Source: Bradymonadales bacterium
Lineage (GTDB): Bacteria; Bdellovibrionota; UBA2394
Direction: 5' to 3'
Assembly (NCBI GenBank): GCA_007693605.1
Contig: REDG01000058.1
Coordinates: 1 to 51,241, forward strand
Length of the DNA stretch: 51,241 nucleotides
Under the pieces are notes generated by a model. It was not told the origin of the DNA. It made no database searches and saw nothing but the letters and a program-made list of their open reading frames with translations. Position 1 is the first letter of the stretch; each line of letters starts with the position of its first letter. This document shows, one piece after another, positions 1 through 10,200 of this stretch. The translations under genes were made by a program, and so were the position numbers.

Positions 1-1674
1 CTTTGGATTTATGGAATTGCATTCATTCTTCTGGGGACCTTGTTTGCTACGAAGTGGAGAAGGTCTCAAGTTTTAACGGATGCGGAGTTAACCGAGTTGC
101 GCTACAGCGGGTCGGGGGTTTTAGGTCTTCGAGTAGCCAAAGCGCTCTACTACGGAACACTGATCAATTGTGTTGTTCTGGCGATGGTTCTTTTGGCGGC
201 TCTCAGAATCGGTGAGGTTTTTATGCTCTGGCACGAGTGGTTGCCAGAGGCTTTGTACGCATGGCTTTTAGGATTCATTGAGTTTACGGGTTTGTCTTTT
301 GGCGAGGGTGCCGGAGGTCTTTCGAGCGAAGTGATGACCTTGAATCATCTTCTCACCGTGCTTTCAATCATGTTGTTTACGGTTGCTTATTCAGCAACGG
401 GAGGGCTTCGATCTGTCATCTCGACGGATCTCGTTCAGTTTGGGCTGGCCATCTTTGCCAGCGCGCTTTACGCAGGCTTTGTTCTCTATGAGCTCGGAGG
501 TTTGGGGTCATTGCGCGAGTCTCTAGTAGAACTTTACGGGCAAGAAGGCGCAGGCGAGTTCTTGTCTTTTCGACCACAAGGCGGAGATCTTCTCTTGGGC
601 TTTCTTGTGATCATCAGTCTGCAGTGGCTGTTTCAAATGAACAGCGACGGAACGGGCTATCTGGCTCAGCGATCGATGGCCTGTAGAACAGACCGAGAGG
701 CCCGCATCGCCGCGCTTGTCTTTTGTTGGGCGCAGATCGTTTTGAGAAGTTTGATTTGGCTGATTATCGCGGTTGGAATTCTGGTTCTCTATCCCTTCGA
801 TCCTGTCGTGGAAAAAACAGATCTTTGGGTGAGTGGAAGAGAGGCTCTCTTTATCAGGGGAATCGATGATCTTCTGCCCATTGGCATCAGGGGCTTGATG
901 TTGACAGGACTTTTGGCGGCTTTGGCCTCTACCATCGACACTCATTTGAACTGGGGAGCAAGTTATTGGAGTAACGATATCTACAAGAGACTGGTCTGCG
1001 AACACTTTTTGAAGCGAGACCCAAAGTCTCGTGAGCTGGTGTGGGTGGCGCGGCTCTCAAACTTTTTGCTTTTGATCATCGCGTTGGTTGTGATGGCAAA
1101 CATCGGATCGATTCAACAGGCCTGGAAAATTTCGCTTCTATTTGGTGCGGGCATGGGTTCTGTACTCGTTCTTCGTTGGCTTTGGGAGAGGATCAACCTG
1201 TGGTCAGAGTTTGCGGCGATCTTGGCTTCTTTGACATTAGCTCCGATTTTATTGAAATTCGTTTCAGAGGAGTGGCTTCAGCTTTTGTGGATGGCGGGGG
1301 CTTCAACGACGGCGGCTGTCGTGGTGACATTTTTCACTCCGAAAACTCAAGTGAGCGTTCTTCAGGAATTTTACCGAAAAGTGCAGCCCTCTGGCTTTTG
1401 GCGAGGAACCGCCAACTCACTTGGAGAGTCTGGGGCGCATCCCTTACGAAAGCTCTTATCGTCTCTTAAGACGACCGCACTCTGTATCGGATCTGTCTTT
1501 AGTGTTTTGATGGGCTGCTCAAAGCTGATGCTGCCCGTGCCAGGCGAACCCATTTGGCTGGCTCTAAGTCTTTTGGCTTTTGGAGCCGGCTTGACGTACT
1601 TCTGGTGGCCCAAGATTTTTGCAGAGGATGATTCTGGGACTGTCGGCAAACTCTCGATTCGGGAGAGGCGATAA
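1..1674 (+). CDS. Sodium:solute symporter (SSS) family protein, 5'-truncated by the window
   Basis: Frame is open from base 1 (LWIYGIAFILLGT...). Many TM segments; SSS-type motifs YSATGGLRSVISTD, GYLAQR, AALASTIDTHLNWGASY. Confidence 0.9.
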   Translation, partial: LWIYGIAFILLGTLFATKWRRSQVLTDAELTELRYSGSGVLGLRVAKALYYGTLINCVVLAMVLLAALRIGEVFMLWHEWLPEALYAWLLGFIEFTGLSFGEGAGGLSSEVMTLNHLLTVLSIMLFTVAYSATGGLRSVISTDLVQFGLAIFASALYAGFVLYELGGLGSLRESLVELYGQEGAGEFLSFRPQGGDLLLGFLVIISLQWLFQMNSDGTGYLAQRSMACRTDREARIAALVFCWAQIVLRSLIWLIIAVGILVLYPFDPVVEKTDLWVSGREALFIRGIDDLLPIGIRGLMLTGLLAALASTIDTHLNWGASYWSNDIYKRLVCEHFLKRDPKSRELVWVARLSNFLLLIIALVVMANIGSIQQAWKISLLFGAGMGSVLVLRWLWERINLWSEFAAILASLTLAPILLKFVSEEWLQLLWMAGASTTAAVVVTFFTPKTQVSVLQEFYRKVQPSGFWRGTANSLGESGAHPLRKLLSSLKTTALCIGSVFSVLMGCSKLMLPVPGEPIWLALSLLAFGAGLTYFWWPKIFAEDDSGTVGKLSIRERR

Positions 1675-1784
1675 GGGTCCAGATGCGCGAAGGCAAGGAG
1701 CGAGCATCGCAGTGTGGTTAAAATGCCACTCGAGAAGCGCAGCGACGCAGCCGCCACTGCAGATGGGCCCTTAGCGACACTCCC
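1636..1784. mobile_element. 149-bp MITE-like palindromic element, family A (intact copy)
   Basis: Imperfect terminal inverted repeats GGGACTGTCGGCAAA...TTAGCGACACTCCC with an internal hairpin. Near-identical inverted copies at 30420-30834 (interrupted) and 49782-49840 (partial). Confidence 0.85.
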
Positions 1785-1786
1785 AC

Positions 1787-2839
1787 TCAATCTCGACGAG
1801 TGGGTCGCCCTAGGCTTTCCACACCAAGGCGACAAAGGCTTTGGATACCATGACCGACTTTAGAAACGAGGGATTTGCTGCCTTGAATGGCAGTCTCCAG
1901 TGATCTCTCTTGCCATTCAAACTGCGTTTTTTCAGGAAAAAATTTGATCAGGAGGCCTGCAAAGAGATAGCTGCCAAGAACAATGAATGTGGAGAGCTTG
2001 AGGTTGGTCTCGGCCCAAGGGATTTCAGCAATCTGAACGGCAAAGATTCCCTTGGCGCCAAAAAAGTCCATCATGCTGACCAGGGCTAGGGGAAAGAAGG
2101 TGTTGAAGTTCACCCATTTTGACTTCTCTGGCTCATGCAAAAAGCGTCGATTTCGAAGCTCGCCCACGAAGGCGACTCCCACTCCAACGGCGATCCAATT
2201 CAAAAGGACCTCGGTTTGGCCGGCAATGGTGTTGACGGCGCTAATCTGATCGGTTGCTCCGGTTAAGGCTCTAAAAGCTTGCAAGAGAAGCAGGTTGAAA
2301 ACATTTCGTCTCCAAAACTCCACCGTGGCAGAGACTCGTTCGGAGGGATCAGTCCACGACGAGCTGAACGCTCGATCAAAACTTTGCAAGCCGGCATGCA
2401 TGATGAAGGCTGTGATCCCTTGGGCCATGGCCACAATCAGGGCCCTTTCAAACTCAATCGCTTGATCATTGAGTACAAAAAGGGTCGCCAAGAAGCAAAA
2501 GGCTGCAATTGCAGAGCCCAATACCAGCTCCTGCTCTGTGGGCTTAAGAAGTAAGCCCCTCTCAATCTCAATCAGCCGTTCTGCTTCTGCAAGGACTTCA
2601 CTGGCGGCTGCGTCAATTTCTGCGAGCGCCGCATCGCCTAGACCGGCTTGCAAAGCCTCAGCCCTGGACTCAGACGGCCGCTGAATATCTGATGGCTCCG
2701 CCCCGAAAGGATCTTGATGATCAGGGTCTGCACAAAGAGCAACTGAATACAAAAATAGAGAGACAACCCCAGTAAGGTGCAGCAAACAGAGTATTCGCAA
2801 GCTCTTCATCCTCGCCACCAAGGAGTTAGAATTCCGCAA
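1787..2839 (-). CDS. Hypothetical membrane protein with N-terminal signal-like segment (start more likely at the MKSL Met)
   Basis: 350-aa ORF filling the gap between two genes; hydrophobic N-terminus and several TM-like stretches; no family recognised. Confidence 0.65.
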   Translation of the reverse strand: MRNSNSLVARMKSLRILCLLHLTGVVSLFLYSVALCADPDHQDPFGAEPSDIQRPSESRAEALQAGLGDAALAEIDAAASEVLAEAERLIEIERGLLLKPTEQELVLGSAIAAFCFLATLFVLNDQAIEFERALIVAMAQGITAFIMHAGLQSFDRAFSSSWTDPSERVSATVEFWRRNVFNLLLLQAFRALTGATDQISAVNTIAGQTEVLLNWIAVGVGVAFVGELRNRRFLHEPEKSKWVNFNTFFPLALVSMMDFFGAKGIFAVQIAEIPWAETNLKLSTFIVLGSYLFAGLLIKFFPEKTQFEWQERSLETAIQGSKSLVSKVGHGIQSLCRLGVESLGRPTRRD

Positions 2840-2882
2840 TTGCCAGTATAAATCAAGAGATCAAAGGCCCTTTAGGGTTGTC

Positions 2883-4643
2883 TCAGGCCAGGTCTTGCTT
2901 CTCTGAACTCACTGAAAGAGATCTTCTCAAGGCCCACAGCACGGAGGCATTCGTCCAAAGAAAGCCCTCTTGCACGGGATATTTTTGACCATCGTCTTTA
3001 GCCTCTGAGCAGGCTTTCAGGTCGTATCGTTCGTAAAACTTTCCGGTTCTCTCAAAAGTATCCAGCACCAGTCGGAGCCATTTAGATTTCAATCGTTCGG
3101 CGTCTTCAAAATACTGATAGCGATTCAAGCCTTCAATTGCAGTGATGTGAAAAGGCGCCCAAGCGTTGTCACCGTCCCATTGGTGTGGAGATTCGATTAA
3201 GCAGGAGGCTCTTAAGCCGTTCGGACTCTCAAGTCTGCTAAGAAATTCACGAAGTCTTGCGGCCTGCTCTTGACTGGCCAGACCCACCAAGAGAGGAAAC
3301 AGGGACTCTGCCGAGTCTTGCTCAAGTCTTCGGTTTTCGTCCAGGTGGTATGGGCGATAAGTTCCAGACTCTGGGTTCCACAAATAAAGATCTACTGCCC
3401 GTTTTCTTCTTTGGGCTCTCTCCAAAAAATCTTTGCTTTTCTCAATGAGTTCAAGTTTCTCCGCCATCCAAGAAAGATTCATCTCTGTTTCAAAGAGAAG
3501 AGAGTTGAGTAGAACGGAGGCCAGGCGTGAAGACTGACCCTCATGAGTGAGTGTAAAGTCCAGTCCAGACTCGGCGGCAGCTCGAACGGCTCGGTAACTT
3601 TGGCCCAGCCGCTCCTCACAATCCGAGCCATGTCGTTCGGGCCGAGGGCTGTCAAACGCATCCCAATGGTGGTTTAGCCCGTGAGCCTCATCGAAGCGAG
3701 TTTCTGGGTTCATCCAGAAGTTCTGATAGTCAAAGGCGGTTAACGGAAATCCTCGTTCTTTCAGCCAGCGAAGCAGCTCCCTTCGGCGCTCTGGCTGAGC
3801 CTTCCAGGAGGCTTCAAAAACAAGACGAACGCTGGTCGACAGAAAGGGGGGCTGAGATCGAGAGAGGTAATAGTCGCGGCCCCCATTGGGTACGAAGCCA
3901 AAGCTCTGTACAGAGTTTAGAAGATTTTCGATCTGCATTTGCGCCAGCTCAAGTCTGCCGCTCAACAAGAGACCAAGGATTCCATAGTAAGTGTCCCAAT
4001 AATAAGACTCTTGAAATCGGCCCGCCGGAATCAAAACAGGATAGGGCACCGGGAGAAGGCTCGAGCCTGGCTTCGGTTCGGGCATTCGAATCAGATTGGG
4101 CCAAAGCTTTTCAATTTGTTGGAGTGCCTCTTGAACCCTAGAATCGGCAGACTCAGTTGTGGGGGTTTTGGTCTGCAAGAGGCTGGTGGGTTCCGTCAGT
4201 TTGGCACCCGTTTCGTAGGCATTCTCCAAGACTTCTTTCAGAAAAAATGAAAGAGCCTCATGCGAAACCTCTGATGAGGAAAAATGCGTTCTCGTCTTGG
4301 CCTCTGCGATTTGAATCTCGTTGAAATAGTCCCTCTCTGAGTGAGTCTTTTTTTGAAGATCGACGATCCACTTGAGGTCTTTGAATAGCGAAAGCTGGCG
4401 AGCCGCCATCAGGACCGGATCGGTCAATCCCGCTGACACAGGCAAGGAGAGCGAGGGGTCTGCGAGCGGTTCGGTTTTCGTGAGTCGGCAAACGAACAGC
4501 GACGGGATCTCCGGATAGCGAACTCTCTCTTTAAGGGTCTTTAAGACGGCTGCTTCAGGCTCTCGAAGTTTGAGCTCGGGTTGAGCCAAAGCTTCAGCTT
4601 TCTTCAGAAAATCGCTTTGAGCGAGGGAGGCCAGTTTTTGCAT
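2883..4643 (-). CDS. Alpha,alpha-trehalase (GH37), probably cytoplasmic
   Basis: Motifs PAGRFQESYYWDTY, NGGRDYYLSRSQPPF, PRPE, AAESGLDF, QWDGDNAWAP, EGFLWTN. No signal peptide. Start at ATG 4643 is inferred. Confidence 0.9.
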   Translation of the reverse strand: MQKLASLAQSDFLKKAEALAQPELKLREPEAAVLKTLKERVRYPEIPSLFVCRLTKTEPLADPSLSLPVSAGLTDPVLMAARQLSLFKDLKWIVDLQKKTHSERDYFNEIQIAEAKTRTHFSSSEVSHEALSFFLKEVLENAYETGAKLTEPTSLLQTKTPTTESADSRVQEALQQIEKLWPNLIRMPEPKPGSSLLPVPYPVLIPAGRFQESYYWDTYYGILGLLLSGRLELAQMQIENLLNSVQSFGFVPNGGRDYYLSRSQPPFLSTSVRLVFEASWKAQPERRRELLRWLKERGFPLTAFDYQNFWMNPETRFDEAHGLNHHWDAFDSPRPERHGSDCEERLGQSYRAVRAAAESGLDFTLTHEGQSSRLASVLLNSLLFETEMNLSWMAEKLELIEKSKDFLERAQRRKRAVDLYLWNPESGTYRPYHLDENRRLEQDSAESLFPLLVGLASQEQAARLREFLSRLESPNGLRASCLIESPHQWDGDNAWAPFHITAIEGLNRYQYFEDAERLKSKWLRLVLDTFERTGKFYERYDLKACSEAKDDGQKYPVQEGFLWTNASVLWALRRSLSVSSEKQDLA

Positions 4644-4780
4644 TCTTTTTTCTTTTAGATCTGTTTTCGCCGATTTCGACCCCCTTTTTCTACGGAGGGA
4701 ACAAGAGAACGGCAAGCATTGAAATGAGGCCGAGGCTTATTCTTTACAGAACGGGCGGAGTCGAATAGTTCTTCGAGCAT

Positions 4781-5080
4781 GGCCCCGTGGCGGAACTGGT
4801 AGACGCACAGGACTTAATGAAAATTGAGTGCTTGTGGAGGAAACTCCACAAGTAGAACTACTCAAAGTCGGGGAAACCTACGGCCTATGGTCATGGCAAT
4901 CCCGAGCCAAGCCTGTGGATTTCACAGGAAGGTGTAGAGACTAGACGGGTAGCACCCTTGGAGTGATTCGGGGTGAAGGGATAGTCCAGACCACGAACAG
5001 CAATGGCAGCGAAAGCTGAAGTGGTAAGAAAATCCTGGGTCCGCAAGGACGTATCGATTCGATTTCGATCGGGGCCACCA
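4781..5080 (+). tRNA. tRNA-Leu(UAA), intron-split (exons 4781-4815 and 5029-5080)
   Basis: Acceptor stem GGCCCCG/CGGGGCC + ACCA; spliced anticodon arm CAGGA-CU-UAA-AA-UCCUG; long variable arm GUCC-GCAA-GGAC; T loop UUCGAUU. Confidence 0.95.
4816..5028 (+). ncRNA. Group I self-splicing intron (IC3-like), 213 nt, no ORF
   Basis: P1 ACUU^AAU-gaaa-AUUGAGU with the U.G splice-site wobble; P2 CUUGUGGAG-gaaa-CUCCACAAG; P3 CUACUC/GGGUAG; P7 GACUA/UAGUC; P8 CACCC/GGGUG; P9 CAGC-GAAA-GCUG; terminal G at 5028. Confidence 0.93.
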
Positions 5081-5140
5081 GCTTTACCAGCAAAGCCAGG
5101 CTTTCTCAGCGGCTTCCCGAGCCTTAGAGAAACGACCGCC

Positions 5141-7039
5141 TTATTTTGGTCTGGCTTTCGCTAGCTTGGTGACATCGACAATATCCTCAGTCAGCCAATC
5201 GAGTTCGCCATCCATGATTCTCTTCGACAGTTCGAGAGTTTGGCTTTTGCCGGGTAGCACCTTAATGCCTTGGTAAGCTCGAAGGGTCGCCTCTCTATAG
5301 GAGGCGATGACTCTTTGAGCAAGGAAGGTTTCGCTGCTTCTGAGTTGTCCCGCCTTCTTTCTGGTCAGGTACCGAGACAAGACCGCCGCCATCACGAAAA
5401 GATTCGTTCCGGTGTCAACGATTCGACCCAGGGTGATCTGTTTTTTCTCAAGCTTGGGTCCATTGAGGATCATGGCATGAAACATACTTCGCGCCAGTTT
5501 GCGACTCATCTTGTGCATGAAACGAAGGGCGCTGCCTTCCCAGCATCCAGCCCAAGCGAAGCGAGGCCAGAATGAAAAATTGAGCCATAGTTTCGGGTAC
5601 CACCAACTATAAAACAGACCAGCCTTTAAGGTGGCTCCAAACTTCTCTCCGATAGATGACTTCGGATTGAACAGGGCGCCAGCTAGTTTTAAATGTCGAT
5701 CGAGAGCCTCTCTCGAAACAAAAAGTCTCTGAATGCTGCTGGTTCCCTCGATGATCGTATTGATTCGACTGTCTCGCATGAGTCTCTCAATTGGGTAAGC
5801 GTCTTCACCTCGCTCTCTTAACGAAGTCGCCGTTTCATAGCCTCGGCCTCCTCGAAGTTGAAGACAATTGTCAATGATTCTCCAACTCAAGGCCGTGCTC
5901 ATAAGCTTTGCGACGGCCGCTTCAATTCGAATGTCCATCATTCCTCGATCGGCAATGCCCGAGGTGAGTTTGGCCACAGCATCCAGAGCGTAAGTACCGC
6001 CCGCACTTAAATTCAAATGATAAGCCGTGGCTTCGTGCTCTCCAATGCGAGCTCCCCACTGCACTCTTTCTCTCGCCCAAACCTTTGAAGTCTCAAAACA
6101 AACTCGCGATCCTCCCGTTACGGCGGCGGGCAGGGTTAAGCGCCCGGTGTTCAAGGTCACGAGGGCAAGCTTTAAACCCTTTCCCTCTCCCCAAAGAAGA
6201 TTTTCTTTTGGCACCTTAACATCTTTGAACTCGATCAGCCCGTTTTGAATTCCCTTCAGGCCCATAAAGTCGCAGCGGTTGAGGACCTTTACGCCAGGGG
6301 AGTTAGCCTCGACGATAAAGGCAGAAATCTGCTTTCTCTCTTTTCCGTTGGGTAAAATCTTAGGGGCCGTGAGAGCCATGACCACAAACAAATTGGCGAT
6401 GGTTCCGTTGGTGGTCCAAAGTTTTCGGCCATTCAAAACATAATGATCGCCAAGGTCTGCTAGGCGAGCGGTTGTGGCCATCTGGGCTGGATCTGAACCC
6501 ACCTGTTCTTCGGTGAGCGCAAAGGCTGAAACCTCTCCCCTGGCCAGACGGGGTAGGAACTTTCTCTTCTGCTCGTCTGTGCCGAAAACTTTTAGGGGTT
6601 GCGGTACGCCGATTGACTGGTGGGCAGAAAGCAAGACGGCGACCGAAGCGCAATAACTCCCAATGGCATGAATGATTCGATTGTAGTTGGTTTGCGAGAG
6701 CCCCAAACCCCCGTACTCTTTTGCGATTTTGATTCCGAACATTCCGAGTTCTGCGAGGCCTTGCATCACTTCGGGCGTGATCTCTCGGGTTACTTCCAAT
6801 GCATCGGGGTCGTGTTTTTCTTGTAAAAACTTGAGGACCTTCTCAAGGTGCGGATCGCCAGCGGCTTTGTCTTCGGCAGACTGCTCGGGGAATGGGTAGA
6901 TCAGATCGAAATTGAAATTTCCTGCAAAGAGTTGCTCGCAAAAACTGGGATGATCCCACAGCTCTTCTCGGGCATCTTCAGCCACCTGCATGGCGTCTCG
7001 TTCTTTTTCGGACCGATTTCCTGAGTCTACGATCGACAT
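5141..7039 (-). CDS. Acyl-CoA dehydrogenase (long ACAD9/VLCAD-like type)
   Basis: AFALTEEQVGSD, YVLNGRKLWTTNG, QLRGGRGY, RDSRINTIIEGT motifs; SD AGGAG upstream. Confidence 0.93.
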   Translation of the reverse strand: MSIVDSGNRSEKERDAMQVAEDAREELWDHPSFCEQLFAGNFNFDLIYPFPEQSAEDKAAGDPHLEKVLKFLQEKHDPDALEVTREITPEVMQGLAELGMFGIKIAKEYGGLGLSQTNYNRIIHAIGSYCASVAVLLSAHQSIGVPQPLKVFGTDEQKRKFLPRLARGEVSAFALTEEQVGSDPAQMATTARLADLGDHYVLNGRKLWTTNGTIANLFVVMALTAPKILPNGKERKQISAFIVEANSPGVKVLNRCDFMGLKGIQNGLIEFKDVKVPKENLLWGEGKGLKLALVTLNTGRLTLPAAVTGGSRVCFETSKVWARERVQWGARIGEHEATAYHLNLSAGGTYALDAVAKLTSGIADRGMMDIRIEAAVAKLMSTALSWRIIDNCLQLRGGRGYETATSLRERGEDAYPIERLMRDSRINTIIEGTSSIQRLFVSREALDRHLKLAGALFNPKSSIGEKFGATLKAGLFYSWWYPKLWLNFSFWPRFAWAGCWEGSALRFMHKMSRKLARSMFHAMILNGPKLEKKQITLGRIVDTGTNLFVMAAVLSRYLTRKKAGQLRSSETFLAQRVIASYREATLRAYQGIKVLPGKSQTLELSKRIMDGELDWLTEDIVDVTKLAKARPK

Positions 7040-7296
7040 GGATTCTCCTTCTTATGGTTTAATACAAACTAAATTCTAAATGGACATTTTATATAAATCA
7101 CTAATATCTCTGCCTTTTTTATCATTATTCTGGCTCAAATCCAGTTTAAACAGAGATGAAGTCTTGGGCTGCATCTTTGACACCCTGACCTAGTCTCTCA
7201 CTTTTCCCATGAAGATCAAATACTTAAGAACAAGATCCTAATTGCCTGTGTGCGTTAGAGGAAGCTTCTGCCGATTAGACAGGAGTGGATCGCCCC

Positions 7297-10200
7297 ATGA
7301 CCATTCGAGGCATTCTCCTAATCTTGAGCTCCCCGCTTTTGTTGACGGGCTGTTTCGAGCGGAAGGATCATATTGGCCCTGAGGGCTCTAAGACCTCTCG
7401 TTCTGCCCATCAAGATTCTAAGGCTCCAGACTTTCAACCCTCTGATTCTAAATCTCCTCAGGCTCCGGAGGCTGAAGCTGTCTCCCTTGATCGGTCTCAA
7501 GACTCTTCTTCAAGGCCTGAGAGTCAGGGCAGGTCTAAAGAAGAGGCGATGGATGGCGGAGCTGTGGCTCCCTCGACTGGTCCTTCTCGGGGTAGTCTTC
7601 CCGCTCAAAGCTCGCGCCTACTGCAAAGAGTCAAGCTCCCTCCGAAAAGCCATTCGAAGTCTTTAGACGAAGGCTTTCTTCATCTTTCGGAAGATCGAGA
7701 GGCCCGAAGGCAGCTCGTTCTGTCTGGCTCTGATGAAGTGGCTCGCCCAGCGAAAGGGCCCTTAGAATTTGTGAAGGCTTGGCTCAAAGAAGAGTGGCCA
7801 GCTGGACCTCAGGGTTTGGAGTTCGAGCTCTTGCAGCAGAGAGAGAGTCGAAAGGCTTCTCGATATCATTTTTATTTTCGGCAAAGACTTGCAGGCTTGC
7901 CCGTTGAAGACTCTCAGCTGCGAGTGAATCTCTTTGTTTCTGAAGACAGCTATCGTGTGATTTCGATTACTCAGCAAATTGCTCCAGCTCCTGTGCTAGC
8001 GGGCAGCCCGAAGGCAGAAGCCTCAGAGGCAATACACGAACTTTTGAGGCAACGGATCTTTTCCGAATACTCGCTTGAAGCTCTTAGCGTTCAAGGCCTT
8101 ATCTTCTACCCATTTCACTATGAAGATTTGCCGAGTGTCTCTAGAGCGGTATGGAAGGTCTTTGCCGTTGATCAAAGCACTGGCTCCATCGAGGCTTGGT
8201 CGTTCTATTTCGATCAATTCAGTTTAGAGCTTATTCACAAGAAGAGAGAGAACCTTCACTTTGATTCGGAAGGTTTTGTGGAAGCCTGGGCCAGCCCCGA
8301 TGATCTTCCCATTCGACCGGAGACAGACCTGGTTCTTAGACCACTTCGGCGAGCCTTTGTAGAGACCCCCAGTTTTTTTACACACACCGATCTGGAGGGC
8401 TTCTATCAGTTGCTTGACCCAGATCCCCTGCCTCACAGCGTTACAAGCTCTCTCTTTTCAACTCAGATTGGCCGAGGGCTTCAGGTTTTTGATGCAATTA
8501 CTTCGATGATTCCAGAGCTTTCCACTGTGATTTCTTCCAACCAGAACCCCCTGAACTTTCTTTTTAATCACGCCCCAACCGACACTCTCACCGCAACGAT
8601 CAACAGTTTTATTGGAGTGGAAAAATCTTACCGATATTTTGTAGACAGGGGAGCTTTCGGAGTTCTCGACACTCAAGTGCTGCAGGTTCAGGCCAATCAT
8701 GACTTTCTTCACTGCAACGCGGCTTATATTCCGGACCTTGATGACGATGAGCCCGCCCTTCTCTTATTCTTTCAAGAGGGTGGGGGCTGTCGAAACTCTG
8801 CCTACAGCACGATTGTGGCTCACGAGTATGGTCATCATGTGGTGAATCGCCTCATCCTCGATCAAGGAGCTTTTGGAGAGGGTTATGCCGACACCTTGGC
8901 CATGTTGCTTTATGATGTGCCCGGAATTGGTTTTGATCTTTTCCAAGATGATCAATACCTGAGGCATCCGACTTCAGAGAATGTTCGCTATCCATGTTCT
9001 GGCGGAATCTACACCTGCGGGTCGGTGCTCTCGGCTCTGTTTTGGGATCTGCGAATGAGCATCGGTCTGGAGGCCACTCGACAGCTTCATGTGGATTGGT
9101 CTCTCGAAACAGCAGGAGGATTAGGCTCGAACGCCGTTTTACCTCAAACGATTGTAGAGCTTCTGCTTGCAGACAGTGATACCGGAGATTTGAGCGAGGG
9201 AACCCCTCATTGGAAACAGATTTGTGGGGCCGCAAAGAAGCGGGGTCTCTCTTGCCCCAAGCAGCTCAACGGGGTCTTTGGATCGAGTATTCCCCAGGTG
9301 ATCTTTCCTGGGCAGAGTCTCAGTCTTACTCTCGATGTTTTTTCTGGGATTGGCAATCCACAGGCGGGCACAGGAGCTTTTCATTACCGAATCAACGCAG
9401 GAAGTTGGCAGCAGATCGCGATGACGGTGCTCGGGCCCAATCAGTATGAGATTGACCTGCCCATTCTCCAAGAAGGGGATGTTCTGGAATTCTATTTTTC
9501 TGCGGACAGCAGTCTTGGATTAACTCAGAACTTTCCGTCAGCGGGCTCTCAGGCTCCTTTTTCGATCACCGCGCAGAGCCCGTTTCTTCCGACCACTCAA
9601 TACTCGGTTCCCAAAAATCCAGTTCGAGTTTTGAGTGCAGATCTACAGGAGAGATTGGGAGGCCTGTCTTCTGTTTTTGTTCTCACCGATCGATCGAACC
9701 GAGGTCTTCTTGAATTTAGTGGACCCAGCTTAGGGCTTCGTCGTGCCGCCATTGCTCGCCTTCCAGAGTCCTTCACGCCCGGCGCTGGCTCCGTCTTCTA
9801 TCGTCGAACCGATCGATCCCAAGATTTCTTCATGACCAATCACAGTCGAACAGAGATTTATTGGGGACAGAGTGACGATCAAGATCCAGTGTTTCATCCC
9901 ACCAAGTGCAAAGGATTTTCCAGAATCAAAGAGATCCTATTTGTCGAAGGACAGGGCGGGGCCCGACAGCTGGTGGTGCTCGACGAGGGCCGGCAAAAAA
10001 TCTCTTCCTTTCAGCTCGACTCAGACGAGGCGGAGTTCTGTGTGAATCGCCAAGATTTTTTTCTAGAGGGTGTAGAGTGGATTAAGCCCCTCGAGTTGGA
10101 CAACGGAAATCCCGGCGTGTTTGTTGGCTCAAGGTCTAAAGATGGCTTGTGGGTGCGAATTCTTGATGTTCTTGTTCTGGGTTCAGCGACGCCTTCGATC

